The translations under genes were made by a program, and so were the position numbers. Shown piece after piece: positions 1 to 9,297 of a DNA stretch of 64,000 nt. Source of the DNA: Minisyncoccota bacterium (GTDB lineage Bacteria; Patescibacteriota; Minisyncoccia; Phycocordibacterales; JABAAK01); the NCBI GenBank assembly GCA_965204115.1, contig OZ241963.1, positions 596,622 through 660,621 on the forward strand. The letters run 5' to 3'. The notes beneath the pieces were generated by a model, which saw only the letters and a list, made by a program, of their open reading frames with translations, made no database searches and had not been told where the DNA came from. Every line of letters begins with the position of its first letter. Position 1 is the stretch's first letter.

Positions 1-1
1 G

Positions 2-163
2 GTTGCGCATACCGGCATGTCCCGGTCGGAGGCGAGGCGGAAGTTTGCGGAAGGCGCGGTTTCACTTGATGGTGAGAAGGTGACTGATGTCGCCGCTACT
101 ATTGAAAAGTGTCCTGATGAGCAGGTGCTGCGTGTCGGGCGGCGGGTGTTTCGGGTGCGGTAG
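2..163 (+). CDS. tyrS: Tyrosyl-tRNA synthetase, C-terminal S4-like domain (5' truncated by window edge)
   Basis: Manual translation of frame 2: ...GMSRSEARRKFAEGAVSLDGEKVTD...VLRVGRRVFRVR-stop (TAG 161-163), typical of the TyrRS S4 domain. Confidence 0.75.
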   Translation, partial: VAHTGMSRSEARRKFAEGAVSLDGEKVTDVAATIEKCPDEQVLRVGRRVFRVR

Positions 164-179
164 GGTATACTGGAGGTGA

Positions 180-1019
180 ATGAATATCAAAAAAGTAGTA
201 AAACGAAACGGGGTTGTGGTTGATTTTGATCGGGAGATTCTTGAGCGATCGTTGCTGCGCTCCGGTGCGGAGCGGGACCTCGCGCACCGCGTTGCGGTTG
301 ATGTGGAGAAGATTGTTCGGGATGGTGATTCCACGAGTTTGGTGTACAAGAAGGCGTTTGAGATGCTCTATGAGCGGTCGCGGTCAGTGGCGATGCGGTA
401 TTCATTAAAAAAGGCCTTGTTTAACTTCGGTCCGACGGGATTTCCGTTTGAAAAGTTTGTCGCCGAGCTGTTTCGGCGAAAAGGGTATGCCACTCAGACG
501 AATGTGCATTTGCGCGGCGGGTGTATTTCGCATGAGGTTGATGTGCTGGCGATCGGGGCGGAGCGGATTGCTATGGAGATTAAGTTTCATAATGATATGC
601 ATATTCGGTCGGATGTGAAGGCGGTGCTGTATGTGAAGGCGCGGTTTGATGATTTGCTGGGGCGGACCGGTTCGTCGTTCTCGTTTCGTAAGAAAGGCGC
701 GGTTGATAAGTGTGTCCTGGTTACTAACACTAAGTTCACGAAGAATGCACTTGCTTACGCTGAGTGCGCCGGGGTCTCACTGCTTGGTTGGGGGTATCCG
801 TTTCGTGACAACCTCCAGTCGTTTGTGCAGGAGGCGGATGCGCATCCGGTTACCTGCTTGCCCTCACTGTCGCTTTCACTTTTGCGCAATTTGTTTTCTG
901 AAGGGGTGGTAACCTGCAGAGGGCTGCTGGATCGGGATGATTTGCTCCGCGCCCTGCCGAACACCGATGCTATTGTTTCTGAGGCGAAAATGCTGTGCCG
1001 ACCGGGCGGTCAGCGATAA
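180..1019 (+). CDS. ATP-cone domain fused to Mrr-like PD-(D/E)XK restriction endonuclease domain
   Basis: N-terminal VVKRNG..VDFDREILERSL (ATP cone); FEKFVAELF..GY...EVDVLA...MEIKFH and LVTNTKFT (Mrr_cat-like). Confidence 0.8.
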   Translation: MNIKKVVKRNGVVVDFDREILERSLLRSGAERDLAHRVAVDVEKIVRDGDSTSLVYKKAFEMLYERSRSVAMRYSLKKALFNFGPTGFPFEKFVAELFRRKGYATQTNVHLRGGCISHEVDVLAIGAERIAMEIKFHNDMHIRSDVKAVLYVKARFDDLLGRTGSSFSFRKKGAVDKCVLVTNTKFTKNALAYAECAGVSLLGWGYPFRDNLQSFVQEADAHPVTCLPSLSLSLLRNLFSEGVVTCRGLLDRDDLLRALPNTDAIVSEAKMLCRPGGQR

Positions 1020-1028
1020 TATTTTTCT

Positions 1029-1799
1029 ATGAATATACATGCAACACGCAAAAGGAATATTTTTGATCCGGTCAGTAAAGAGCCGTTCGCGCTTTCGCGT
1101 AGTAAGATAGATTTGTTTTTTCAGTGTCCGCGGTGTTTCTATCTGGATAGGCGGCTGGGTGTCGCGCCGCCGCGCGGTTTTCCGTTCAACCTGAATGATG
1201 CGATTGACTTGCTGATGAAGAAAGAGTTTGATCAGTATCGTGAGAAACAGGAACCGCATCCGCTGGTTGTCGCTGAAGGGTTGTCGCTTGTGCCGATGCA
1301 GCACGAGCAGTTGGAGGTATGGCGCAATCCGTTTAAGGGGGTGCGCTACCACCATCAGCCGTCAAACTTTATTGTGTCCGGAGGGGTGGACGATGTGTGG
1401 TGTGATGCCGACGGCACGGTCACCGTTGTTGATTACAAGGCGACAAGTAAGGACGAAGAGGTGACCATTGACGCCGGGTGGCAGGATTCGTATAAGCGGC
1501 AGTTGGAGGTGTATCAGTGGCTGTTTCGTAATAATGGTTTCACGGTTTCTGACACCGGGTATTTTGTATATGCGAACGGTGATCGGTCTGCTGACGATTT
1601 TAATGATGTGTTGCGTTTTAAAACAAAACTGATTCCGTATACCGGCTCTGATGATTGGATTGAGGATGCGCTGATGCGTGCTCGGGAGGTGTTATCGGGA
1701 GATGTGATACCGGAGGCAGGGAAGTGGTGTGATTTTTGTCCGTATCGGGATGCGGCAGGGAAGTCCTTTCGGGCGCATGTGCAGCGGGGCGCCGCGTAG
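1029..1799 (+). CDS. PD-(D/E)XK nuclease family protein (Cas4/AddB-like, Cys-liganded)
   Basis: LSRSKI..F..CPRCFY, GGVDD...VVDYKAT, QLEVY, C-terminal CDFC. Confidence 0.8.
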   Translation: MNIHATRKRNIFDPVSKEPFALSRSKIDLFFQCPRCFYLDRRLGVAPPRGFPFNLNDAIDLLMKKEFDQYREKQEPHPLVVAEGLSLVPMQHEQLEVWRNPFKGVRYHHQPSNFIVSGGVDDVWCDADGTVTVVDYKATSKDEEVTIDAGWQDSYKRQLEVYQWLFRNNGFTVSDTGYFVYANGDRSADDFNDVLRFKTKLIPYTGSDDWIEDALMRAREVLSGDVIPEAGKWCDFCPYRDAAGKSFRAHVQRGAA

Positions 1800-1805
1800 C
1801 TCTTG

Positions 1806-2228
1806 TTATTCTTCTGTGGCAGCTGGTGTTTCGCCGCTCTGTGTTTGCTGCGTGCTTTTTCTGTGTGTTATGGTGCCGACTATGTACAGCAGTGACGGCA
1901 GGGTGATGATTGCTGTGATTATCAGGAGCGTTACACTTTCGTTTATCATGTTGGTGAAGAGGAGGGCGAGCATTGCGAGTGAGAAGGTAAGATGTGCCAC
2001 CGCCAGGTATATGGTGCTCTTTATCGTGTACCGAATAATAAATCCGAGCAGTATAAAGGGTATGCTGATGAAGTTGGTGAGTGCCCATCCGATATACAGT
2101 AGTATTGCTATCTGATGCGTGTTGCCAGTTCCTTGCAGCGTGAGGAGGAAGAGTATTGATAGCGGTACGACCAATGCTGTTGCGATAATGCCGGCTACGC
2201 GGATTATTTTTGGCGTTACTGGTTTCAT
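1806..2228 (-). CDS. Hypothetical membrane protein (~4 TM)
   Basis: Hydrophobic ORF; start placed at ATG 2228, 6 nt after a minus-strand TATACT (2235-2240). Confidence 0.6.
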   Translation of the reverse strand: MKPVTPKIIRVAGIIATALVVPLSILFLLTLQGTGNTHQIAILLYIGWALTNFISIPFILLGFIIRYTIKSTIYLAVAHLTFSLAMLALLFTNMINESVTLLIITAIITLPSLLYIVGTITHRKSTQQTQSGETPAATEE

Positions 2229-2288
2229 ATGCATAGTATACAGTATTGTGTATATACCCCTGTTTGGTTTTTCGGGTATACTGTTGGC

Positions 2289-3191
2289 ATGGATACATCT
2301 CACAAAGGAGGATTACGGGCTTTATTTTTTTCTATCGGCACCTTTATTACGCTGTTGTTTTTAGTGATTTCCGGTATTCGCACAGGTTTTGGTATTATTG
2401 ACCGCCTTGTTTTTTCTGAGCAGGTTTCGTGGTATCAGTTGTATCGTTCAACGGATATGTCGGTGAGTGCGGCGTTCCTGCTGGTTTCATTTATCGTGCT
2501 TCTTGCTCTGGCGCGTCAGTCCCGTGGTGCTTTGCGTCAGTATCAGGAGACCATATGGCATACGCTCTGTCGGGCAATCCTGCTTATCATTCTCACCGCC
2601 TCTGTTGTGCTTACCGGGGTCTCTGTTTCTTTGCTGTTCGGCAGTTTCTTTTCGGGTGATGTTTCGCTGCACGGCTTTTTGCAGACGGTATTTACTGCCG
2701 GTGTCGGGTCTGCTGTTTTTTATTACTATCGCGGGGTGCTGCGTGATGTATGGCATACGCAGGAAAAGCAGGAGCGGCTATTTGTCACAGCGGTGGGTGT
2801 ATTCGTCGGCTTGCTGGTGGTAGGTGCGGTTGTTACCTTTAACCCTTTCAAGCAGCCGGCGCTGGAGGAGACCTATGATACCCTTGTTTGTCTGCAGAGT
2901 GTCTCCCACGCGCTGGAAGGGAGGTACATAGATGAAAAAAATTCAGGACTTCCTTCCAATGAGGGCTACCAAGCTTTCTTGGAGCGTGATTTGCCCTCGT
3001 ATCACTACAAGCAGGATCCTGCATGTCAGGATATGGCCATTACCTATGAACTGATTGATTCAACACACTATCGCCTGTGCGCCCCTTTTGCCATGCTGCC
3101 CGAAGGCACAGATGTTCAGTACTATCCGTATCATGAGTTTCCGGTGACGGAGGTCGGGGAATCTTGTTTTGAGCGGGGTGTTGGGGGGTAG
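2289..3191 (+). CDS. Membrane protein, DUF5671-like, with extracytoplasmic C-terminal domain
   Basis: About 5 TM segments followed by YE...HYRLCAPF...CF tail; ATG 6 nt after TATACT 2277-2282. Confidence 0.65.
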   Translation: MDTSHKGGLRALFFSIGTFITLLFLVISGIRTGFGIIDRLVFSEQVSWYQLYRSTDMSVSAAFLLVSFIVLLALARQSRGALRQYQETIWHTLCRAILLIILTASVVLTGVSVSLLFGSFFSGDVSLHGFLQTVFTAGVGSAVFYYYRGVLRDVWHTQEKQERLFVTAVGVFVGLLVVGAVVTFNPFKQPALEETYDTLVCLQSVSHALEGRYIDEKNSGLPSNEGYQAFLERDLPSYHYKQDPACQDMAITYELIDSTHYRLCAPFAMLPEGTDVQYYPYHEFPVTEVGESCFERGVGG

Positions 3192-3240
3192 GAAAGTGGG
3201 TTGCGTGGTTTTGTCGGAGTGGTGTATACTGTAAGCGTGA

Positions 3241-3300
3241 TCCGAAGACAGTGGGTTGCGGTGCCGGTGGTGGGCAGTGTCGCGGTAAAGCCTGCCGAGG
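3241..3300 (+). promoter_or_regulatory. L10 leader (ribosomal protein autoregulatory RNA)
   Basis: CCGAAGACAGTGGG...TAAAGCCTGCCGAGG matches the L10-leader pattern and lies directly 5' of rplJ. Confidence 0.8.
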
Positions 3301-3361
3301 TTTCTATTTCCCGTGTGTATGGTGTCTGTGACGGGACGGATCAGAGTTACTCAAAATATAT

Positions 3362-3850
3362 ATGGCAATATCAAGAACAAAGAAAGCGGCAGTGCTTAAG
3401 CAGCTGAATACAATCTTTGCTGAGGCGCAGACCATTGTGTTTGTGCAGTTTGATAAGGTTACCGCTGAGGAGGCGAACACGCTTCGTGGCGTGTGCGCGG
3501 ATGAATCAGTCGGCTATGTTGTTGCGAAAAAGACCCTTATTCGTAAGGCGTTTGATGATTCGTCTTTTGACGGATCGTTGCCGGCTATGGAAGGTGAGGT
3601 TGCGCTTGCCTATGGTAGTGATATGCTCGCTCCGGCGAGAGTGATGGGAGAGCAGAGCAAGGCGCTGGAAGAGCGGCTGACTATCATTGGCGGTGTGTTT
3701 GACGGTGCGTTGGTGTCGCAGGAGGAGATGCAGTCGATTGCGGCTATTCCGCCTCTGAAAACACTGTATGCGCAGTTTCTTACCATTATCCGTTCGCCGG
3801 TGCAGGGATTTGCTTCAGCGCTTGGTCAGATTGCCGATAAAAAATCATAA
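3362..3850 (+). CDS. rplJ: 50S ribosomal protein uL10
   Basis: MAISRTKK, VAKKTLIRKA, IAAIPP motifs; precedes rplL. Confidence 0.95.
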   Translation: MAISRTKKAAVLKQLNTIFAEAQTIVFVQFDKVTAEEANTLRGVCADESVGYVVAKKTLIRKAFDDSSFDGSLPAMEGEVALAYGSDMLAPARVMGEQSKALEERLTIIGGVFDGALVSQEEMQSIAAIPPLKTLYAQFLTIIRSPVQGFASALGQIADKKS

Positions 3851-3875
3851 TTATTTCATTACATAAAGATATACT

Positions 3876-4385
3876 ATGGCTGACGAAAAAGATACACAAG
3901 AAGAAAAGAAAGAGGAGGTGCAAGTGGCGGATGCTCCTGCGCCGGAATCGGCGGAAGAAGCAAAGCCGGCTGCTGATGAGCAGGTGGATGAGGGTGCAGA
4001 GGAAGCAATTGAGGTGCCTGAAAAGTTTCAGAAGATTGTCGCAGAGATTGAAGAGATGAGTGTGCTTGATCTGCACGAGCTGGTGAAGGTGTTTGAGAAG
4101 AAGTTTGGTGTTTCTGCCGCTGCAGTTGCTGCTGCGCCCGCTGACGGCGGAGGTGGCGGTGAAGATGAAGGCGGAGGACTGGTGACGGTGAAGCTGGAAG
4201 ATGCCGGTGCGACGAAGATTCAGGTGATTAAGGTGGTGAAGGAGGCACTCGGTCTCGGCTTGAAGGAGGCGAAGGATCTTGTTGATGCCGCGCCGAAGGA
4301 CTTGAAGGAGGGGATCACCGGTGAAGAAGCGGAAGAGTTGAAAGGAAAACTTGAAGAGGTTGGGGCGAAGGTGAGTGTCGGATAG
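3876..4385 (+). CDS. rplL: 50S ribosomal protein bL12 (L7/L12) with acidic N-terminal extension
   Basis: [46 protein letters not shown]. Confidence 0.95.
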   Translation: MADEKDTQEEKKEEVQVADAPAPESAEEAKPAADEQVDEGAEEAIEVPEKFQKIVAEIEEMSVLDLHELVKVFEKKFGVSAAAVAAAPADGGGGGEDEGGGLVTVKLEDAGATKIQVIKVVKEALGLGLKEAKDLVDAAPKDLKEGITGEEAEELKGKLEEVGAKVSVG

Positions 4386-4410
4386 GTTCAGACACCCGCC
4401 GAACACCCGG

Positions 4411-4444
4411 AAACAAAAAAGCACCGTAAGGTGCTTTTTTGTTT
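4411..4444 (+). terminator. Intrinsic terminator after rplL
   Basis: AAACAAAAAAGCACC-GTAA-GGTGCTTTTTTGTTT perfect inverted repeat with T tract. Confidence 0.85.
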
Positions 4445-4473
4445 TTGCGGACAACTATGATAGTATGGTTAGT

Positions 4474-5094
4474 ATGAACAGTAAGCGAGATCCGTTGTAC
4501 AGTATTATCGGTGATACGGTTCGGGTGAAATTGTTGCGTGTGTTTGCTTTGAACAAGGATACGCTGTATGTTGCTAAAGATTTTACGAAAACCCTGCGGA
4601 AGCGTGAGCAGTCCATTAAGGAGGTTTTGCAGTGGCTTGAGGAGGATGGTATTATTACTAAGAAGAAATTGTCCGCGGCAGAGCGGAAGCGCAAAGGGGC
4701 GCGTGAGTTGAAGGGGTATAGTTTTAACAAGCGGTACCCGCATCGGGATTTTTTGGATATGGTTATTGCGGAGTCGCTGCCGACGGAAAAGGATATACTC
4801 GCGCAGAGGATTACGCGGGTGCCGGGTGTGCGGTGCGTTGTGACGACTGATATGTTTGTTGAGAAGCGGGGTAAACGAGTGGATATTATGGTTGCATCAA
4901 CGGAGGATAATGAGTTGGATTTGCAGAATATCGTGCAGGAGGCGGAGCGCAGTATCGGTCGAGAATTGCGGTGTGCGTTTTTGACGGTGAATGACTTACT
5001 GCATCGAATACGCACAAATGACCGATTTATACGGGATATTTTAGAGGAAAAACACAGTGTTCACCTCGATACGGTCGGATTACCGGAAAAGTGA
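4474..5094 (+). CDS. Winged-helix plus degenerate nucleotidyltransferase-fold protein
   Basis: RVKLLRVF...EVLQWLEEDGII (wHTH-like); VDIMV...ERSIGRELR..FIRDIL; start uncertain (4465 or 4474). Confidence 0.6.
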   Translation: MNSKRDPLYSIIGDTVRVKLLRVFALNKDTLYVAKDFTKTLRKREQSIKEVLQWLEEDGIITKKKLSAAERKRKGARELKGYSFNKRYPHRDFLDMVIAESLPTEKDILAQRITRVPGVRCVVTTDMFVEKRGKRVDIMVASTEDNELDLQNIVQEAERSIGRELRCAFLTVNDLLHRIRTNDRFIRDILEEKHSVHLDTVGLPEK

Positions 5095-5195
5095 AAAACC
5101 TCGTTCGGTGTTTATAATGCACGGTATACTGCTCGTGTAGAGGGTTTATACCCGCTACACGATTATACAGATCTGTTAATAAAAAAATATTCATT

Positions 5196-5873
5196 ATGTT
5201 TAGTGTAGATTTATTACTATCAAGTAATCAGAAGTTGCTTGATATTGTTTTCGGCGTTTTGCCGCAGTTGATTGTTGCGATATTGATTGTGCTGGTCGGG
5301 TGGATCGTCGGTTGGCTCCTTGAGCGAGCGCTGCGATCCGTTTTTCGCACGCTTCCCATCTTTGATGAGACCCTGCGAAATATCGGCATGGAGAAGATTA
5401 CTGAGCGCGCGGGAATGCGGGTTGATTTAGGGAAGTTCTTCGGCATTATCGTCAAGGTCTTCGTTATGTTTGCCTTTCTTCTCGCGGCATTTGATGTGCT
5501 CGGACTCGGTGAGATTAACCGATTTTTGACTGAAACCGTGCTCAGATACATTCCGAATGTCATTTCTGCTGCGTTGGTTATGATTCTTGGTTTCATTGTT
5601 GCTGACTTTGTGAGTAAGATTGTTTCAGGCGGCGCAAAAGTGGTGAAGGTGAGTGCCGGCTTGGCGACAAAGATCACCAAGTGGTCAATCATTATCTTCT
5701 CAGCGCTGATCGCGCTCTCAGAGCTCGGTGTCGCGCAGGAGATTATTCAGGCGACCATCGGTGGTATTATCGCCGCAATCTCTCTTGCGTTGGGTCTTGC
5801 TTTTGGTCTTGGTGGACAGCAGGCAGCATCCGACTTCTTAGATCGGGTGAAGGGAGACATCTCGCATCGATAA
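5196..5873 (+). CDS. MscS-related membrane protein (TM-helix repeat, CmpX-like)
   Basis: LPQLIVAILIVLVGW, YIPNVISAALV, ALGLAFGLGGQ. Confidence 0.8.
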   Translation: MFSVDLLLSSNQKLLDIVFGVLPQLIVAILIVLVGWIVGWLLERALRSVFRTLPIFDETLRNIGMEKITERAGMRVDLGKFFGIIVKVFVMFAFLLAAFDVLGLGEINRFLTETVLRYIPNVISAALVMILGFIVADFVSKIVSGGAKVVKVSAGLATKITKWSIIIFSALIALSELGVAQEIIQATIGGIIAAISLALGLAFGLGGQQAASDFLDRVKGDISHR

Positions 5874-5900
5874 CTATAACGACTTGTTAGTTGTTTACTG

Positions 5901-5930
5901 AAAACCGTCGCATATTGTTGCGGCGGTTTT
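5901..5930 (+). terminator. Intrinsic terminator
   Basis: AAAACCGTCGCA...TGCGGCGGTTTT hairpin with T tract. Confidence 0.65.
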
Positions 5931-5957
5931 TGGTTTTCATGCGGTACAATGTCAACA

Positions 5958-7034
5958 ATGTTTATCTATAAGGCGAGTGAGGATTTTGATCCGCAGAAGC
6001 ATTTTGAGGCGGTGCCGTTGTACCAAGGGCTGCTGTTTCGGAAGTGGCAGGAGCGGTGGGGGCGGCAGGTGGTCGCGCTGGTTGGGGATGATGGTGAGGG
6101 TGCGGTGCGGGTGTTCGCGCAGTGTGTTGAGTATGCGCTGCCGGTGGTTGGATCATTGTGGGTTGCCGCGCTCGGCCCACTCGGCTCGTTTGATTCCGGG
6201 AAAACCGAGGCGGCGTTTTATAGAGAGTTGCGGTCATTGTGTGCGGAACTTGCGCCGAAGACAATTGCCGTGCGAGTGCAGAAGGAGCCGGCGTATGACC
6301 TTGTGCGGATGGCGCGGGCGGAGCATTCGGGTGGCAGCTTTGTTCAGCCGTTTGTGGAAGAGGTGGTTTCGCTTGAGGAGGATATTGAGGATATTGTCAG
6401 TAATTTTTCCGGAGGTACACGGCGGACAGTGCGGCGGTATGAACAGAGGGCGCTTGAGGGGGTGCGGTTTCATATTGAAAAAACTGATTTTACAAAATAT
6501 TTTGACAGCGTGTACGCGCTTTTTGAGCAATTGGCGCGCAGAAAAAAATTCGGCATGTATCCCCGCGCGTACTATGAGGCCCTGTTTGCTGAGCTGGATG
6601 CGCAGCCGGAAAACGGCACCCTGGTGCTCGGCTATGTTGATGGTGAGGAGGAGCCGGTTTCGTTTGTGTTGGCGCTGCACACCAATGCTGAGGTGTACCA
6701 TCTCTACTCTGCATCGTCTGATGTCGGTTACGAACATGATCTGCCGGTTCTCATGCAATATATCGTTCTGCAGGATGCTAAGAAATGCGGTGTGCAGCGC
6801 TATAATCTCGGTGGTGTTGCCTCCACTTCATCGAGCGGTACCCGTGGTCTGTCCACCTTCAAGAAAAAATTCGGCGGTGAGCGCATTGAGCATCCGTACT
6901 GCCGAGATATCGTTGTTTCCGGCTGGCGCTATGCGGTGTTTCGGCTCATGCGACTGCCGGGAGTGTTTGAGGTGCGTCGGTGGCTGGTTCGTTTTTACAC
7001 CTCCGTTCAGGTTGAGTTGGATCGGGAAGATTAA
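5958..7034 (+). CDS. FemAB/FemX-family peptidoglycan bridge peptidyltransferase (GNAT fold)
   Basis: GPLG, TRRTVR, YPRAYY, YNLGG, GLSTFKKKFGG; start 7 nt after TACAAT. Confidence 0.8.
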   Translation: MFIYKASEDFDPQKHFEAVPLYQGLLFRKWQERWGRQVVALVGDDGEGAVRVFAQCVEYALPVVGSLWVAALGPLGSFDSGKTEAAFYRELRSLCAELAPKTIAVRVQKEPAYDLVRMARAEHSGGSFVQPFVEEVVSLEEDIEDIVSNFSGGTRRTVRRYEQRALEGVRFHIEKTDFTKYFDSVYALFEQLARRKKFGMYPRAYYEALFAELDAQPENGTLVLGYVDGEEEPVSFVLALHTNAEVYHLYSASSDVGYEHDLPVLMQYIVLQDAKKCGVQRYNLGGVASTSSSGTRGLSTFKKKFGGERIEHPYCRDIVVSGWRYAVFRLMRLPGVFEVRRWLVRFYTSVQVELDRED

Positions 7035-8518
7035 CGGGACTCTGCGACCATGTCCCGTAGTACCCTGTAGAGTTCCACCATCGCAAGGGTGTCCAGTTTG
7101 CAGTATTCCAGCAGATCATTTTTTATCGCCTCCTTTTCTGCTTTGTCCTGCTCTTCAGCCATCACAAACCATCGCTCCATTGCCTGGGTGCCGTCCTGTA
7201 CATTGAGGTTTTTGTAGGAGAGGTCAGGGCAGAGGATAGGGAGGACTTTTTTTATGGAAGTTGAGCCGTGAAATGCCGCGTCAGTGTAGGCCTCTTTAAA
7301 AATATCCTCAAGGTCAACCATGCGGCTGTTGATGTCCTGTAATTGTTCGGCGTGTTGTGGGTACATTTTCGCCATTTCTTTGTTTATTGTTTTTTCATAG
7401 CTGGCGTGCCACGAGACGACAGACCCCGTTGTTCCGACCATTTCACAAAGTGCCTGTACCACGCCGTCGCCGCCTGAAAGTTTCTCGTTGAGGTATTCTT
7501 TGTGCGTGAGGGCGCCGTCCTCGGTGAGGATGTGCAGTGAGAACTGAAAAGGTATCTGCTGCCACGGGCGGGTGCCGATGATTTTCGGTACCGCGCTTGA
7601 TGCCGCCTCGTAGTCAAAGAAGAAGAGCGGGAAGGTCATCTCTTCCAGCATGGTTTGTATTTTCTCCTCATCAATGAGCGGTCTTTTTTGTAGTACGGAC
7701 TGCACCTGTCGCCGCTGTCGGTCGTTTAGTTCAATGTCTTCGGTGATGTCTTCTATTTTTTGTATATTGCGATCCAGCATTATGCAGAGCTTTTTCTCGC
7801 GCAGGTTGCCGATTTCCCAGATGGATTGCTCCGGGAGCGCGCCGTTGAAGTATTCAAACGCATCGCAGTGATTGCTTCTTGTTTTTCGGAGGCAGGGACA
7901 GCCGCTTTCTTCTATGGTTTTTTCCTGCAGGAGTTTCAGTGCGTTGTTCATTTCCACCTCGGTCTCGTCGTGCAGGTCGCGCACTGCTTCTGTGATATCA
8001 ACTTTTTTCAGGAGTTTGTGCGGATCTATTTCCATCTCCCGTACATAGTCGCCGTTGGTGTGTATGATGAATACTTTGTCAATGGCAATATCTGACCGCT
8101 CAAAAGCGATTTTTTGAAAGCATGCGTCTTGGAGGTGATTGTGTTTTTTGTCTTTTTTGATACTGCTTGATGATTTAACCTCGTATAAGTTGTATGAGCT
8201 GTCATCATTGCGGGTGAGGATGTCCGCGCGGGCGAAGAGTCCGTCTTCGGTTTGCACGGTCGCCTGAAAGAGTGCCTTCGCCTGCTGTGTAATTGCTTCT
8301 TTTGTTTTTGTGATGGAGGCGGTGCCGACGGATGGTAGTGAGACGCCGTCCGGGAACAGCATTTGCGCGTATCGCTCCACTTCATACCCCTCGCGAGCGA
8401 TTTTTTTCAGAAAATCACTGAACTCTTTGTACGGGTATGCTTCCGGTTTATGCTTCAGCAGCCACAGCGACCGCGGGCATCGGAGATAGTGGACGAAGTC
8501 CGTTTTGGTGAGATACAT
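7031..8518 (-). CDS. DUF2779 protein (N-terminal PD-(D/E)XK nuclease plus RNase H-like domain)
   Basis: LTKTDF...CPRSLWL, ARADIL...YEVKSS, FFDYE, PWQQIPFQFSLH, SIKKVLP, LLEYCKLDT. Confidence 0.85.
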   Translation of the reverse strand: MYLTKTDFVHYLRCPRSLWLLKHKPEAYPYKEFSDFLKKIAREGYEVERYAQMLFPDGVSLPSVGTASITKTKEAITQQAKALFQATVQTEDGLFARADILTRNDDSSYNLYEVKSSSSIKKDKKHNHLQDACFQKIAFERSDIAIDKVFIIHTNGDYVREMEIDPHKLLKKVDITEAVRDLHDETEVEMNNALKLLQEKTIEESGCPCLRKTRSNHCDAFEYFNGALPEQSIWEIGNLREKKLCIMLDRNIQKIEDITEDIELNDRQRRQVQSVLQKRPLIDEEKIQTMLEEMTFPLFFFDYEAASSAVPKIIGTRPWQQIPFQFSLHILTEDGALTHKEYLNEKLSGGDGVVQALCEMVGTTGSVVSWHASYEKTINKEMAKMYPQHAEQLQDINSRMVDLEDIFKEAYTDAAFHGSTSIKKVLPILCPDLSYKNLNVQDGTQAMERWFVMAEEQDKAEKEAIKNDLLEYCKLDTLAMVELYRVLRDMVAESR

Positions 8519-8598
8519 TATACCGCCAGTGTACCACTTCGGCTCTTTGGTGCAATAGTAGTGTTTAACAGGAATACTTGTGTTATACTTTTCACTAT

Positions 8599-9294
8599 AT
8601 GAGTATAAAGGTTGTCGGATACATTGTAGTTTTGGTATTGCTGCTTGGCGGTGCTATCGGCGGGCTGTGGTATGTGGATCAGCAGGCGGCACCGAAGCGG
8701 GAGGCGTACACGAACCTTGCGCGGTGTTTGTCAGAGCGTGATGTTGTTTTTTACGGCGCGTTTTGGTGTCCGGCATGTGCGCAGCAGAAGACGATGTTCG
8801 GGAGTGCGGCGAAACAGTTGTCGTACATTGAGTGTTCTCTGCCGGACAGAACGCAGAATGATCTGTGTACCGAAGCGGAGATAACGAATTATCCGGTATG
8901 GGAGATTGACGGCAATTATCGCTGTGGCGGAGTGACGACTCCGGAGGTGTTGGCGCATCTATCGGGCTGTGACCTCCCGGCGTATGAAGGCGTGAATAAC
9001 ACACCGTCTGCGTTGTTTGATCGGCTGGTGGTTACTGCGTCTAGGGAGTCGCTGAAGAGGCGGGGGATAGCGCAGAGTGATATTGATGCGTTTATTGTCA
9101 CGACAACGGAGAACATTAATGCGTATCTGACGGAGCAGCACGGGACGACGATTGATGCTGTTGAGGACCCCTCGCATTTGTTGGCGGCTGTCGCGGAGGT
9201 GTTGCATAGTTGCGCGCCGTATGAGAAGCAGGCTGCAGCAGAAAGTGAAGGTGTTGAGATAGAGGTGGTGCCGAATTCGGGTGGTGAAGCGTAG
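8599..9294 (+). CDS. Membrane-anchored thioredoxin-like protein
   Basis: N-terminal TM; FYGAFWCPACAQQK..FG, YIECS, ITNYPVW. Confidence 0.75.
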   Translation: MSIKVVGYIVVLVLLLGGAIGGLWYVDQQAAPKREAYTNLARCLSERDVVFYGAFWCPACAQQKTMFGSAAKQLSYIECSLPDRTQNDLCTEAEITNYPVWEIDGNYRCGGVTTPEVLAHLSGCDLPAYEGVNNTPSALFDRLVVTASRESLKRRGIAQSDIDAFIVTTTENINAYLTEQHGTTIDAVEDPSHLLAAVAEVLHSCAPYEKQAAAESEGVEIEVVPNSGGEA

Positions 9295-9297
9295 GGT

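Noticed and set aside
172-179. SD site (GGAGGTG) for the ATP-cone gene
   Set aside because: Only 1 nt from the ATG and immediately after the -10 box, so it is mostly outside the predicted transcript
1029-1799. cas4 of a CRISPR-Cas locus
   Set aside because: No cas1/cas2 or array nearby, and the Cys arrangement differs; treated as a solo PD-(D/E)XK nuclease
5977-7206. 409-aa alternative-frame ORF, and the many antisense ORFs such as 8959-10005 and 36411-37262
   Set aside because: They overlap well-supported genes, have Arg/Cys/Trp-rich or His/Pro-rich shadow composition caused by G/T codon bias, and show no motifs
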